Shown here: positions 8,638 to 17,820 of the stretch, piece by piece
Layout of the letters: each line of letters opens with the position of its first letter
Numbering within the stretch: position 1 is the stretch's first letter
Origin: Desulfovibrionaceae bacterium
GTDB taxonomy: Bacteria > Desulfobacterota > Desulfovibrionia > Desulfovibrionales > Desulfovibrionaceae
Direction: 5' to 3'
DNA length: 64,000 nucleotides
NCBI GenBank assembly: GCA_050251715.1
Contig: JBFWMG010000005.1
Span: 139,766 to 203,765 of the forward strand
Made by a program: the position numbers and the translations under genes
Notes under the pieces: generated by a model
The model's database searches: none
Told to the model about the DNA's origin: nothing
The model's input: only the letters and a program-made list of their open reading frames with translations

Positions 8638-10436
8638 GCGACGCGCACCACCACCGGCTGCTGCTGCGGCAAATCAAGAAGCACCTCGGCTCTCCGGAGG
8701 ATATGCCCGAGCCTTTGCAACGGTTTATCGCCGCGGTCGACGAGGCGTACAGGCAGTTCGACGACGACCGGGAAATGGTGGAACGCTCCCTGGAATTGAG
8801 TTCCCAGGAGCTGCTGCACAGCAACGCGGCGTTGCGCGCCGTGTTCAGCGCCTTCACCGACACCTTGTACTGCTGGATAAACAGCGACAATGTGGTGACC
8901 CGCCATACGGCGGGGTTTGCGCAGCATCTGGGCCAGGCGCAGGGCTCGCTGGCGGGCCGCCCGCTCCTTGAGGCGCCGCAGCGGGATCTGGCCATTCTGT
9001 TTGCCCACGCCTTGCGCCGGGTGCGCCAGCGCGGCAAGCATGTGACCATTGAATACGCCAACGCCAGCAAGGGGGGCGACCGTTCCTATGAGGCGCGGCT
9101 TGCGCCTTCCCTGAACAACGAAATCATCGTCATCGTCCGCGACATCACGGACCAAAAACGGGCGGAAACCGCGCTGAAGCGGGCGCTGGACGACACGGAG
9201 CGGCAGGTGTCGGCCCGCACGGCCGAACTGACCCAGTCCAACCAGCTCTTGCTGCAGGAGGTGCTCGACCGCAAGATGGCCGAGACCAAGCTCGCGGAAA
9301 GCGAGGAGCGGTTCCGCAAAATAACAGCGGCGGCCCACGACGGCATCATCATGGTGGATGATGCGGGCCGCATTTCCTTCTGGAACAATGGCGCCACCTC
9401 GATTCTGGGCTTTTCCGTGGACGAGGCCATGGGCAAGGACGCCCATGGCCTGCTGCGTCCGTTCAAGGATGCCAAACCCCTGCACAACACCTCGCTCTGG
9501 GGCGCTTCCAACGCCACGGGCATGGAGCCCGGCCGCACCCTGGACCTGACCGTGAGCAACAAGCAGGGCACATCCATTGCCGTGGAAGTCTCCATTTCCT
9601 CCGCGGCCATCAAGGGACGGTGGCATACCGTGGCCATCATCCGCGACGTGACCGCGCGCAAGGAGGCCGAAGAGACGCTGCAAAACGCCAAGCGCGCCGC
9701 CGAGGAAGCGAACCAGATCAAGTCGGATTTCCTGTCCATGGTGTCGCATGAGTTGCGCACGCCGCTCACCGCGGTGCTCGGCTTTGCCAAGATGATTAAG
9801 AAGCGGCTGGTGGATACGGTCCGGCCCAAGGCGGAAGCCGGGGCGCCCGTTCCCCTCAAGGCGCTGGGCCAGATGGAGGCCAATATCGCGGTCATCGTGT
9901 CCGAAGGCGAGCGGCTCACCGAACTCATCAACAACGTGCTTGACCTGGCCAAGTTGGAGGCCGGGCGCTTCGAGTGGTCCATGCGGCCGCTCGGCCTGGA
10001 CTCGGTCATCGAGCAATCCCTGAACGCCACGGCCATCCTGTTCCGCGACAAGAATCTGCGCCTTGTCCGCGACGTGCCCGCAGACCTGCCCCATGTGCAG
10101 GGCGACAAGGACCGGCTTGTGCAGGTGTGCATCAACCTCTTGTCCAACGCGGCGAAATTTTCCTCGCACGGCACGGTGTATGTGAGCGTCCGCCGATCGG
10201 TGGACAACCTTGTCGTGTGTGTGCGTGACGAAGGGGTGGGCATCCGGGAAGAGGACAACCAGGCCGTCTTCGACAAGTTCAAGCAGCTTGGGGATACGCT
10301 CACGGACAAACCCAAGGGCACCGGCCTTGGGCTACCCATCAGCAAGGAAATCGTGGAGCACCATGGCGGCTCCATGTGGGTGGAAAGCGCCCAGGGACAG
10401 GGCAGCGCCTTTTATTTCAGCCTTCCCATCCTATAG
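8634..10436 (+). CDS. cytoplasmic PAS-domain sensor histidine kinase
   Basis: 600 aa with no TM segments and with PAS regions. It has the HisKA H-box SHELRTPLTAVLGF and HATPase N/G boxes (NLLSNAAKF, GTGLGLPISKEIVEHHGG). It is translationally coupled to the FIST gene. Confidence 0.9.
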   Translation: MSDAHHHRLLLRQIKKHLGSPEDMPEPLQRFIAAVDEAYRQFDDDREMVERSLELSSQELLHSNAALRAVFSAFTDTLYCWINSDNVVTRHTAGFAQHLGQAQGSLAGRPLLEAPQRDLAILFAHALRRVRQRGKHVTIEYANASKGGDRSYEARLAPSLNNEIIVIVRDITDQKRAETALKRALDDTERQVSARTAELTQSNQLLLQEVLDRKMAETKLAESEERFRKITAAAHDGIIMVDDAGRISFWNNGATSILGFSVDEAMGKDAHGLLRPFKDAKPLHNTSLWGASNATGMEPGRTLDLTVSNKQGTSIAVEVSISSAAIKGRWHTVAIIRDVTARKEAEETLQNAKRAAEEANQIKSDFLSMVSHELRTPLTAVLGFAKMIKKRLVDTVRPKAEAGAPVPLKALGQMEANIAVIVSEGERLTELINNVLDLAKLEAGRFEWSMRPLGLDSVIEQSLNATAILFRDKNLRLVRDVPADLPHVQGDKDRLVQVCINLLSNAAKFSSHGTVYVSVRRSVDNLVVCVRDEGVGIREEDNQAVFDKFKQLGDTLTDKPKGTGLGLPISKEIVEHHGGSMWVESAQGQGSAFYFSLPIL

Positions 10437-10551
10437 ATATTAATAATCCATCCCTGCCATGCCTATTTAATTTTTCTATTTACCTTTATATGCCCCTTTT
10501 TTATTGTATACTCTAATCGGGCACCGAGAACCGCGAGAAAAGGACGACGTC

Positions 10552-11250
10552 ATGCCCAGCCAACAAACTGAACAACCCCGCGATGTTGACGCCACGCCAT
10601 CGTTGCGCGGAGAAACGCCGGCCCTGGACATGCAGATCGGCGCCAGGGTACTGCTGCAACTCCAGGACACCGGGGAAAAGCTCTGGGGCGAGACCGTGGG
10701 CATGGTGCAGGACAAGTTTATCATCATCCGCATTGCGACCAATCCGGCCATCCGCCAGGCGCTGCAACCGGAAACCCCCGTGGCGGTCCGCTATGTGGTG
10801 CGCGACTGTTTGGTCTTCGGGTTCACGGCCACTGTGGCCAGGCTTACGACCAACCCCTTGCCGCTGCTGTATCTCCACTTCCCTGCGTCGGTGGAGACGG
10901 CCAACCTGCGCACGCATCACCGCGTCTGCTGCTACCTCCCGGCCACGCTGTTTCTCGAAGGGCAGGAGGTGCATGGCGCATTGGTGGACATTTCCCGTGG
11001 CGGATGTAGAATATTGGTGAGCCACGCCAATGACACCCAGGCGGTGGAGGCTCCCGTGGACACGGAGGTCTTCTGCCAGCTGAACATTCTGGGCGATGAC
11101 GGGGCGCTGTTTCTCAAGGGGGTCGTAAAAAAAAACACGACCTCGGGTGACAAAACCATGCTGGGCGTGGCGTTCGACGACATCACCGAAGAGGCTGCGG
11201 CGCACATCGAGCGGTATGTGCAATGCGTGCATGAGCTGTCCGACCTGTAG
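10552..11250 (+). CDS. PilZ domain protein (YcgR-like c-di-GMP receptor)
   Basis: ATG at 10552 follows AAGGA. The PilZ signature is intact: RTHHR (RxxxR) and DISRGG (DxSxxG). An N-terminal PilZN-like region is present. Confidence 0.75.
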   Translation: MPSQQTEQPRDVDATPSLRGETPALDMQIGARVLLQLQDTGEKLWGETVGMVQDKFIIIRIATNPAIRQALQPETPVAVRYVVRDCLVFGFTATVARLTTNPLPLLYLHFPASVETANLRTHHRVCCYLPATLFLEGQEVHGALVDISRGGCRILVSHANDTQAVEAPVDTEVFCQLNILGDDGALFLKGVVKKNTTSGDKTMLGVAFDDITEEAAAHIERYVQCVHELSDL

Positions 11251-11283
11251 TTGCCGAGACCGCGCAAGCGGAATGGGGGATAC

Positions 11284-12576
11284 ATGACCAAGACCACCAA
11301 GGCGGAAAGCCAATACGAACCGATTTTCATCGCTCGCCAGGCGATCTATACCCCTGCTCGCGACATCTGGGGCTATGAACTGCTTTTCCGGCACAGCGGC
11401 GAGGCCAAGACCGCCCACGTGACCGATGCGGACACCGCGACCTCCAAGGTCATTGCGGACGGCCTGTCCCTGGCGCTGACCGGCGTGCCCCAGGACAAGC
11501 GCGTACTCATCAATTTCCCCTCCAAGCTCATCCTGGACGACTCGGCCCTGGCGCTGCCCAAGGAACGGTGCGTGGTGGAGATTCTGGAAACCGTGGATCC
11601 GGAACCCAACATCATCGCGGCCTGCCAGCGCATCAAGGACGCCGGGTACACCCTGGCGCTGGACGACTACGTGGGCCAGGCCGGCTTCGAGGCGCTGGTG
11701 GCGCTGGCGGACATCGTCAAGGTGGAAATCCTGGGCATGGCCAAGCCGCAACTCATCAAGCTGACCCAGCAATTGAAGAAGCTGGGCCGCAGCCTGCTGG
11801 CGGAAAAGGTGGAGGACAAGGAAACCTTCGATCTGTGCAAGCAGTTGGGGTACCAGTATTTCCAGGGCTATTTTTTCAGCAAGCCCGAGGTGGTGCCCGG
11901 CCGCAAGATCGCGTCCGGCGCCCTGGCCAAGCTGCAATTGCTGCAAGCGCTCAACCGCGAATCGAGCGAATTCTCTGAGTTGGCCCGGATCATCTCCATG
12001 GACATCTCCCTGAGCTACCGGCTGCTCAAGTTCATCAACTCCGCGGCGTTCTCGCTGCAACGCAAGATCCAGTCCATCGACCAGGCCGTCACCCTGCTGG
12101 GCAAGGAGCCCCTGCGCCAGTGGGCCATGATCGTGGTGGTGTCGGACATGGACACCAGCCCCAAGGCGGGGGAAATGGCCTTTGCCGCCATCCAGCGCGC
12201 CCGGTTCCTGGAAAAGCTGTGGGGCAACATGAAGAAGAAGCCCCAATCCAAGGAAGCCATGTTCATGCTGGGGCTGTTTTCACGCCTGGACGCCATGCTC
12301 GACCAGCGCATGGAAGACGTCCTGGAGGGCATGCCCCTTGACGACATGATCCTCGACGCCCTGCTGGGCAAGGAAAATGCCGCCCGCGACTGCCTGGTGC
12401 TGCTGGACGCGGTGGAACAGGGGGACTGGGACAGCGTGACGGAACTGCTGGACCTGTACGGCGTGGACTCGGCCCAGGCCGCCATCCACTACATCGAGGC
12501 CTCCACCTGGGCCAGCCAGATGCTCGGCTTCGCCAAGTCCACAAAGGCGGAAGGGGACACGGCGGCCAAGGCATAG
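11284..12576 (+). CDS. EAL and HDOD domain-containing protein
   Basis: The N-terminal EAL-like domain shows GYELLFR, VEILET, LDDYVG, VKVE, AEKVE and QGYFFSKP. It is followed by an HDOD-type domain. Start at ATG 11284. Confidence 0.8.
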   Translation: MTKTTKAESQYEPIFIARQAIYTPARDIWGYELLFRHSGEAKTAHVTDADTATSKVIADGLSLALTGVPQDKRVLINFPSKLILDDSALALPKERCVVEILETVDPEPNIIAACQRIKDAGYTLALDDYVGQAGFEALVALADIVKVEILGMAKPQLIKLTQQLKKLGRSLLAEKVEDKETFDLCKQLGYQYFQGYFFSKPEVVPGRKIASGALAKLQLLQALNRESSEFSELARIISMDISLSYRLLKFINSAAFSLQRKIQSIDQAVTLLGKEPLRQWAMIVVVSDMDTSPKAGEMAFAAIQRARFLEKLWGNMKKKPQSKEAMFMLGLFSRLDAMLDQRMEDVLEGMPLDDMILDALLGKENAARDCLVLLDAVEQGDWDSVTELLDLYGVDSAQAAIHYIEASTWASQMLGFAKSTKAEGDTAAKA

Positions 12577-12616
12577 GGCGTCCCGCCGCAGCGTTTCGGG
12601 GCGAGGGGCACGACGG

Positions 12617-13303
12617 TCAGCGCCGCGCCACGACCAGCAGGTTCTTGCCGAAGAACGGGGAGGCCAGCGTGTCGAGCAGGAGGCTGCACGGAAAGGCGAC
12701 GCGGTCGTACAGACGCAGGGCGCGGGTGTTGATCTCCCCGGTGTCCGACCCCAGCCACTTGTAGGCCAGGGTGGCGAAAAAGCCCAGGCTGTCCACATAG
12801 CGGCTCGTTTCCACAGCAAAGCCGGCTCCCGCGAGCAGGGGAACGAGGGTCTGCCTGGTGTACCGCCGCACATGGCCCACCTGCCGGTCCATGGCGGTGT
12901 ACAGGCAGGGGAACGCGGGCACGTACACCAGCAGCCTGCCGCCCGGCCGCAACACCCGCCGCATGTGGCCGATGACCGCCTCATGGTCGTCGATATGCTC
13001 CAGCACATTGAGCGAGTACACGTAGTCCACGGAGGCGTCGGGGAACGCATCCAGGGCGGCGTGCGCCACAAAGCCCTGGCGTTCGAGCTGGCCGCGCTGG
13101 GCCGCGTCCAATTCCACGCAGACCACATCGAGCCCCGCCTCGCGCACAAACCCGCTGAAGGTGCCTATGCCGGCCCCAAAATCCACCGCCCGCGCCGCGC
13201 CGGCGGCATGCCGCACCACAAGGCCCGTGAGATGGGCATTGTAGCGCACCGCCTCGCGCATGGCCTCAAGCTGCTGCGACCCGGAATATTCCTTGTGTTC
13301 CAC
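12617..13303 (-). CDS. class I SAM-dependent methyltransferase
   Basis: Only the C-terminal 228 aa of track ORF 12617..14554 look coding. It has the SAM motif VDFGAGIGTF and post-I/II motifs (VLRPGGRLLV). The GTG start at 13303 follows a GGGAG RBS. Confidence 0.8.
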   Translation of the reverse strand: MEHKEYSGSQQLEAMREAVRYNAHLTGLVVRHAAGAARAVDFGAGIGTFSGFVREAGLDVVCVELDAAQRGQLERQGFVAHAALDAFPDASVDYVYSLNVLEHIDDHEAVIGHMRRVLRPGGRLLVYVPAFPCLYTAMDRQVGHVRRYTRQTLVPLLAGAGFAVETSRYVDSLGFFATLAYKWLGSDTGEINTRALRLYDRVAFPCSLLLDTLASPFFGKNLLVVARR

Positions 13304-13411
13304 CAACGGCTCCCTGTGTGCTGGCAATGGGCAACGCCCTTCACGGCGCCGGGTAGCATGAACCGGACCCCCCGGCAAGGCGCCCGCGGGCCCGATTGTG
13401 AAAACCCGCTT

Positions 13412-13427
13412 TGGCTTGCGGACCGCT
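13412..13427 (+). promoter_or_regulatory. candidate sigma54 (-24/-12) promoter upstream of dctP
   Basis: TGGCTTgcggaCCGCT has GG and GC at the canonical 10-nt spacing. It lies about 93 nt upstream of the dctP ATG. The match to TGGCAC-N5-TTGCW is only partial. Confidence 0.3.
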
Positions 13428-13519
13428 GGGGGCTGTGATAAAGAGCACAATTCAAAAAAAATGCCCGAAAACTCCAGCGCCGCTTCCGGCATGGTCGGGC
13501 CAGCCGAAGGAGGGGTTTC

Positions 13520-14551
13520 ATGCTTCGCTTCAAGGGTTTGCATCTGCTTCTTGCCGCCGCGCTGACGGTACTCATGCTGCCTGTCTCTCCGGTCGCGGCG
13601 TCCGGCCCCATCACCCTGACCTACGCCAACTTCCCGCCCGCGGTCACCTTCCCCTGCGTCCAGATGGAGCGGTGGAAAACCGAGGTGGAAAAGCGCACCA
13701 GCGGCGCGGTGGAGGTCCAGACCTTCCCCGGCGGCACGCTGCTCGGCGCCAAGAACATGTTTGACGGCGTGAAGCAGGGCCAGGCCGACATCGGCTGCCT
13801 GTGCATGAGCTACCAGCCCGGCGTGTTCCCCGTGACCACCGCCCTGGAACTGCCCGTGGGATTCTCCTCCTCCGTGGTGCCCAGCGTGGTGCTGTACGAC
13901 CTGTGGGAAAAATACCAGCCCAAGGAATTCGCGGACGTGAAGGTGCTGGCCATGTTCACCACCGCGCCCTCGAACATCATGAGCAAAGCCCCGGTGCGCT
14001 CCCTGGCCGACCTCAAGGGACTGGAGCTGCGCGCCTCCGGCGGCGCGTCCACCGTGCTCAAGCTGCTCGGCGCCACCCCGGTGTCCATGCCCATGCCCGA
14101 AACCCCCGAAGCCCTGCAAAAGGGCATCGTCAAGGGCTTGCTCTCGTCCCTGGAAGTGCTCAAGGACTTCAACTTCGCCAACTACACCCGGCACGAGACC
14201 ATCACCAATTTCCAGGTCTATCCCTTTGCCGTGGTCATGAACAAGGCCAAGTGGGAATCCCTGCCCGCGGATGTGAAGCAGGTGTTCGACGCCCTGCGCC
14301 GCGAACAGTCCGAATGGACCGGCAAGTACATGGACGACCACGTGAAGGAATCCCTGCAATGGTCCGCGGACAAGTACCAGATCGAGGTCATCAAGCTGCC
14401 TGAGACGGAACTGGCGGCGGCCCGCGAAACCCTGCGCCCCATGGTGGACGAGTGGAAGACGCGCGCCGTGGCCGCTGGCCTGAACGCGGAAGACATGCTG
14501 CACACCACCATGACCCTGAAGACCAAGTACGAGGCCGTGTACGGCAAATAA
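13520..14551 (+). CDS. dctP: TRAP transporter substrate-binding protein (DctP family)
   Basis: 343 aa with a signal peptide and a DctP-like sequence. It follows an AGGAGG RBS. The DctQ and DctM genes come next. Confidence 0.9.
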   Translation: MLRFKGLHLLLAAALTVLMLPVSPVAASGPITLTYANFPPAVTFPCVQMERWKTEVEKRTSGAVEVQTFPGGTLLGAKNMFDGVKQGQADIGCLCMSYQPGVFPVTTALELPVGFSSSVVPSVVLYDLWEKYQPKEFADVKVLAMFTTAPSNIMSKAPVRSLADLKGLELRASGGASTVLKLLGATPVSMPMPETPEALQKGIVKGLLSSLEVLKDFNFANYTRHETITNFQVYPFAVVMNKAKWESLPADVKQVFDALRREQSEWTGKYMDDHVKESLQWSADKYQIEVIKLPETELAAARETLRPMVDEWKTRAVAAGLNAEDMLHTTMTLKTKYEAVYGK

Positions 14552-14578
14552 CAACCGTGCCTTGACGTCGCATCACGA

Positions 14579-14610
14579 GGGGCCGGAGCCGTCCGGCCCC
14601 TTTTCTGCTT
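14579..14610 (+). terminator. intrinsic terminator/attenuator hairpin between dctP and dctQ
   Basis: GGGGCCGGA-gccg-TCCGGCCCC followed by TTTTCTGCTTTT. Confidence 0.6.
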
Positions 14611-14635
14611 TTCAAGGCGCGTGACCGGATGCACC

Positions 14636-15151
14636 ATGAACGTGTTTGACCGCATCAATGCTTTTTTGTGCAACCTCCTGCTGGTGGCGGGGGGCGTCTG
14701 CCTGGTGGCCATGATGCTGCTGGCCTGCGCCAACATGGTGCTGCGCGCCGTGTGGCTGCCCATCACGGGCAGCTACGAGCTGCTCGGCTTCCTGGGCGCG
14801 CTGGCCACGGCCTTTGGCCTGGGCGCCACCCAGATCCGCAAGGGCCACATCGCCCTCACCATTTTGGAAGGCGTGTTCCCGCCCAGGGTGGAGCGCGTGG
14901 TGGACATCTGCGCCCACGCGGCATGCGCGGCGTTGTTTGTTCTCGTGGCGTGGCGCACCACGGCCTGGGGCACGTCCCTCATCGACTCCGGCGAATTGTC
15001 CGAAACCCTGCGCTTCGCCTACCATCCCTTTGTCTTTGCCGTGGCCTTTGGCTGTCTCGTGCTCGCGCTGGCCATCTTCTGCGACATGCTGCACGCCATC
15101 CTCGACCCCATGACCCGCCATGGCCGCAAACGCGGGGGAGCACGCGCATGA
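14636..15151 (+). CDS. dctQ: TRAP transporter small permease (DctQ family)
   Basis: 171 aa with 4 TM helices. It sits between dctP and dctM. Its stop overlaps the dctM start (ATGA). Confidence 0.85.
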   Translation: MNVFDRINAFLCNLLLVAGGVCLVAMMLLACANMVLRAVWLPITGSYELLGFLGALATAFGLGATQIRKGHIALTILEGVFPPRVERVVDICAHAACAALFVLVAWRTTAWGTSLIDSGELSETLRFAYHPFVFAVAFGCLVLALAIFCDMLHAILDPMTRHGRKRGGARA

Positions 15152-16452
15152 GCCTCATCACCATAGGCATTCTCGGCGTCGTCGCGCTCCTGCTCCTGCT
15201 CTTCTTCCTGCGCATGCCCGTGGGCTTCGCCATGGGCCTGGTGGGCTTTGTGGGATTCTGGAAGGTCATCAACCTCCAGGCCGCGCTCGGCATGCTGGGC
15301 ACGGAAATATGGAACGTCTTCTCCTCCTACGGGCTCACGGTCATCCCGCTGTTCATCCTCATGGGCCAGATCTGCTTTTACGCAGGGGTGAACAAGCGGT
15401 TGTACCAGACCGCCTTCGCCTGGCTGGGCCATGTGCGCGGCGGCCTGTCCATGGCCACCATCCTCGCCTGCGCCGGTTTTTCCGCCATCAGCGGCTCCAA
15501 CACCGCCACGGCGGCCACCATGTCCACCGTGGCCCTGCCGGAGATGCACAAGTACAAGTACAACCCCATCCTCTCCACCAGTTGCGTGGCCGTGGGCGCA
15601 ACCCTCGGCGTGGTCATCCCGCCCAGCGTGGTGCTGCTCATCATCGGCCTGCAAACCAGCCAGGACATCGCCAAGCTGTTCTGGGGCGGGGTCATTCCCG
15701 GCCTCCTGCTCTGCCTCTTTTTCATCCTCACCGTGACCTGGCTGTGCCACCGCCATCCCGACTGGGGACCGGCCGGCCCCAAAACCACCTGGAAGGAAAA
15801 ATTCGCCTCCCTGCCCGGCTCCATCGAGATGGTCGTGCTCTTCTGCCTGGTCATGGGCGGGCTGTTCGCCGGGTTCTTCACGCCCAGCGAGGCGGGCGCG
15901 GCAGGCTCCATGCTGGCCATCATCATCAGCTGCATAGGCCGCAAGCTCTCCTGGGACGGATTCAAGAGCGCGGTGTTCGACACCATCCGCGTCTCGTGCA
16001 TGATCCTCATGATCGTGACCGGCGCGGTGCTCTTCGGCAGGTTCCTGGCGGTCACCCGCCTGCCCTTCGAGGCGGCCGACTGGGTGGCGGCGCTCAACGT
16101 GCCGCACGTCGTCATCATCTTCGCCCTGTGCGCCATCTACGTGCTGGGCGGCATGATTATGGACGCGCTGGCGCTGTTGCTCATCACCATCCCCATCTTC
16201 TTTCCCCTGGCCGACGCCATGGGCTACGACCCCCTCTGGTTTTCCGTGCTCATCACCGTGGTCACCACCATGGGTGCGGTCACCCCACCCGTGGGCGTGA
16301 ACACCTTCATCGTGGCCTCCATGGCCACGGGCGTGCCCATGCACAAGATATTCCGGGGCGTGAGCCTGTTCCTCTTCTCCTATCTGGCCTGCATCGGCCT
16401 CATGCTCCTCTTCCCGCAGATCGTGCTTTTCCTTCCCAGCCTGATCCAGTAA
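15148..16452 (+). CDS. dctM: TRAP transporter large permease (DctM family)
   Basis: 434-aa polytopic membrane protein starting MSLITIGILGVV. It occupies the downstream part of track ORF 14668..16452. Confidence 0.9.
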   Translation: MSLITIGILGVVALLLLLFFLRMPVGFAMGLVGFVGFWKVINLQAALGMLGTEIWNVFSSYGLTVIPLFILMGQICFYAGVNKRLYQTAFAWLGHVRGGLSMATILACAGFSAISGSNTATAATMSTVALPEMHKYKYNPILSTSCVAVGATLGVVIPPSVVLLIIGLQTSQDIAKLFWGGVIPGLLLCLFFILTVTWLCHRHPDWGPAGPKTTWKEKFASLPGSIEMVVLFCLVMGGLFAGFFTPSEAGAAGSMLAIIISCIGRKLSWDGFKSAVFDTIRVSCMILMIVTGAVLFGRFLAVTRLPFEAADWVAALNVPHVVIIFALCAIYVLGGMIMDALALLLITIPIFFPLADAMGYDPLWFSVLITVVTTMGAVTPPVGVNTFIVASMATGVPMHKIFRGVSLFLFSYLACIGLMLLFPQIVLFLPSLIQ

Positions 16453-16462
16453 AAGACAGGGC

Positions 16463-17749
16463 ATGAGCGGTTCGGGAACCACTGAATTACGGCAGCGCTC
16501 CTTCCGGCTGGTCTGCCCGGAGCACCACGCACCCCTGGTGGAGGCGCTGCTCGCGGCCCAGGGCTTCGCGTTCGAGCCCGAGCCGTTCCACCCCCTGACC
16601 CGCCGCTGCATTGCCGCGCCCCTGGCCCTGGGCGCCAGCCTGGCCGCGTTCTTCGGCTACATCTACATCCAGGACCGCTCGTCCATGCTGCCCCCGCTGG
16701 CGCTCAACCCCCCGCGCGGCGCGCGCGTTCTGGACATGTGCGCCAGCCCCGGCAGCAAGACAGGCCTCCTGGCCCAGCTGGTGGGCCCGGACGGCTTCGT
16801 GCTGGGCAACGAGCCCAGCCGCGACCGCCACGCCACGCTGCGCCAGAACCTGGCCCACTGCAATCTGGTCAACACCGCCACCTGCTCCTACCCCGGCCAA
16901 CGCCTGCCCATGGCCGACGGTTCGTGGGAATACATCCAACTGGACCCGCCGTGCAGCGGCTGGGGCACCACGGACCGCCACCCCAAGGTCATGGAGCTGT
17001 GGCGCGACGACAAGGTGGAGCCGCTCATCGCCCTGCAACGCGAGCTGCTGGCCGAGGCCGCGCGCCTGCTCGCGCCCGGCGGGCGCGTGCTCTATTCCAC
17101 CTGCACCACCAACGTGCGCGAAAACGAGGAACAGGTGCGCCTTGCCGTGGAAAGCCTGGGGCTTGTGCTCGAACCGCTGACGCCCTTTCCCGGCTTTGTC
17201 TTTGACGCGCCCCTGCTGCCCTGCGCCGAGGGCGCCCTGCGCGTGAACGGCGACCGCTCCGAGGCGCAGGGTTTTTACCTGGCCGCGCTGCGCAAGCCGG
17301 GCCACGCCCCCGCAGCCATGCCCGGCCCGGACGATCCCGGCCTGGCGGGCAAGGGCGAAGCGCTGGACAGAGGCCTGCTTTGCGCGGATACTGCGGCCTG
17401 CGACCGCCTGCCTGACGGCGCGCTGCGCCGCTTTGGCGACACGGTGTTCTTTTTGCACCACCAGGCACTGGCCGCGCTGCCGCACACCCTGGCCTGGCAA
17501 GGTTTTCCCCTGGGCCGCATGGGCAAGGCGGGCTTCCGGCGCAACGCGCGGCTGCGTGTGCTGCTGCCGGACCACGCGCCAGGCCTGGGCCTCGACCTGG
17601 ACGACGCCGCGCCGCTGGCCGCGCTGCTCACCGGGCAAAGTCTCACGCCGGGCGCCCCCCTGCCCAAGGAGGCGGGCCTCTACTTCAGAGGGCTGCCCCT
17701 GGGCTGGCTGCGGGTCAAGGGCAACCGCGTGCTCTGGGCCGAGCGGTAA
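16463..17749 (+). CDS. RsmB/RsmF (NOP2/Sun) family RNA cytosine-C5 methyltransferase
   Basis: SAM motif DMCASPGSKT. The catalytic Cys motifs DPPCSGWGT and YSTCT are present. Confidence 0.85.
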   Translation: MSGSGTTELRQRSFRLVCPEHHAPLVEALLAAQGFAFEPEPFHPLTRRCIAAPLALGASLAAFFGYIYIQDRSSMLPPLALNPPRGARVLDMCASPGSKTGLLAQLVGPDGFVLGNEPSRDRHATLRQNLAHCNLVNTATCSYPGQRLPMADGSWEYIQLDPPCSGWGTTDRHPKVMELWRDDKVEPLIALQRELLAEAARLLAPGGRVLYSTCTTNVRENEEQVRLAVESLGLVLEPLTPFPGFVFDAPLLPCAEGALRVNGDRSEAQGFYLAALRKPGHAPAAMPGPDDPGLAGKGEALDRGLLCADTAACDRLPDGALRRFGDTVFFLHHQALAALPHTLAWQGFPLGRMGKAGFRRNARLRVLLPDHAPGLGLDLDDAAPLAALLTGQSLTPGAPLPKEAGLYFRGLPLGWLRVKGNRVLWAER

Positions 17750-17820
17750 CGCCGGGCCGTCAACCACCCATCCGCCCCGCAGGGGCGCACCCCCCTCCCC
17801 GGAGGGGCAAAGGACGCCAC

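Noticed and set aside
13304-14554. N-terminal ~415 aa of track ORF 12617..14554 (minus strand)
   Set aside because: Only the last 228 codons encode a recognisable SAM methyltransferase with its own RBS and GTG start. The upstream part is antisense to dctP and crosses a divergent promoter region.
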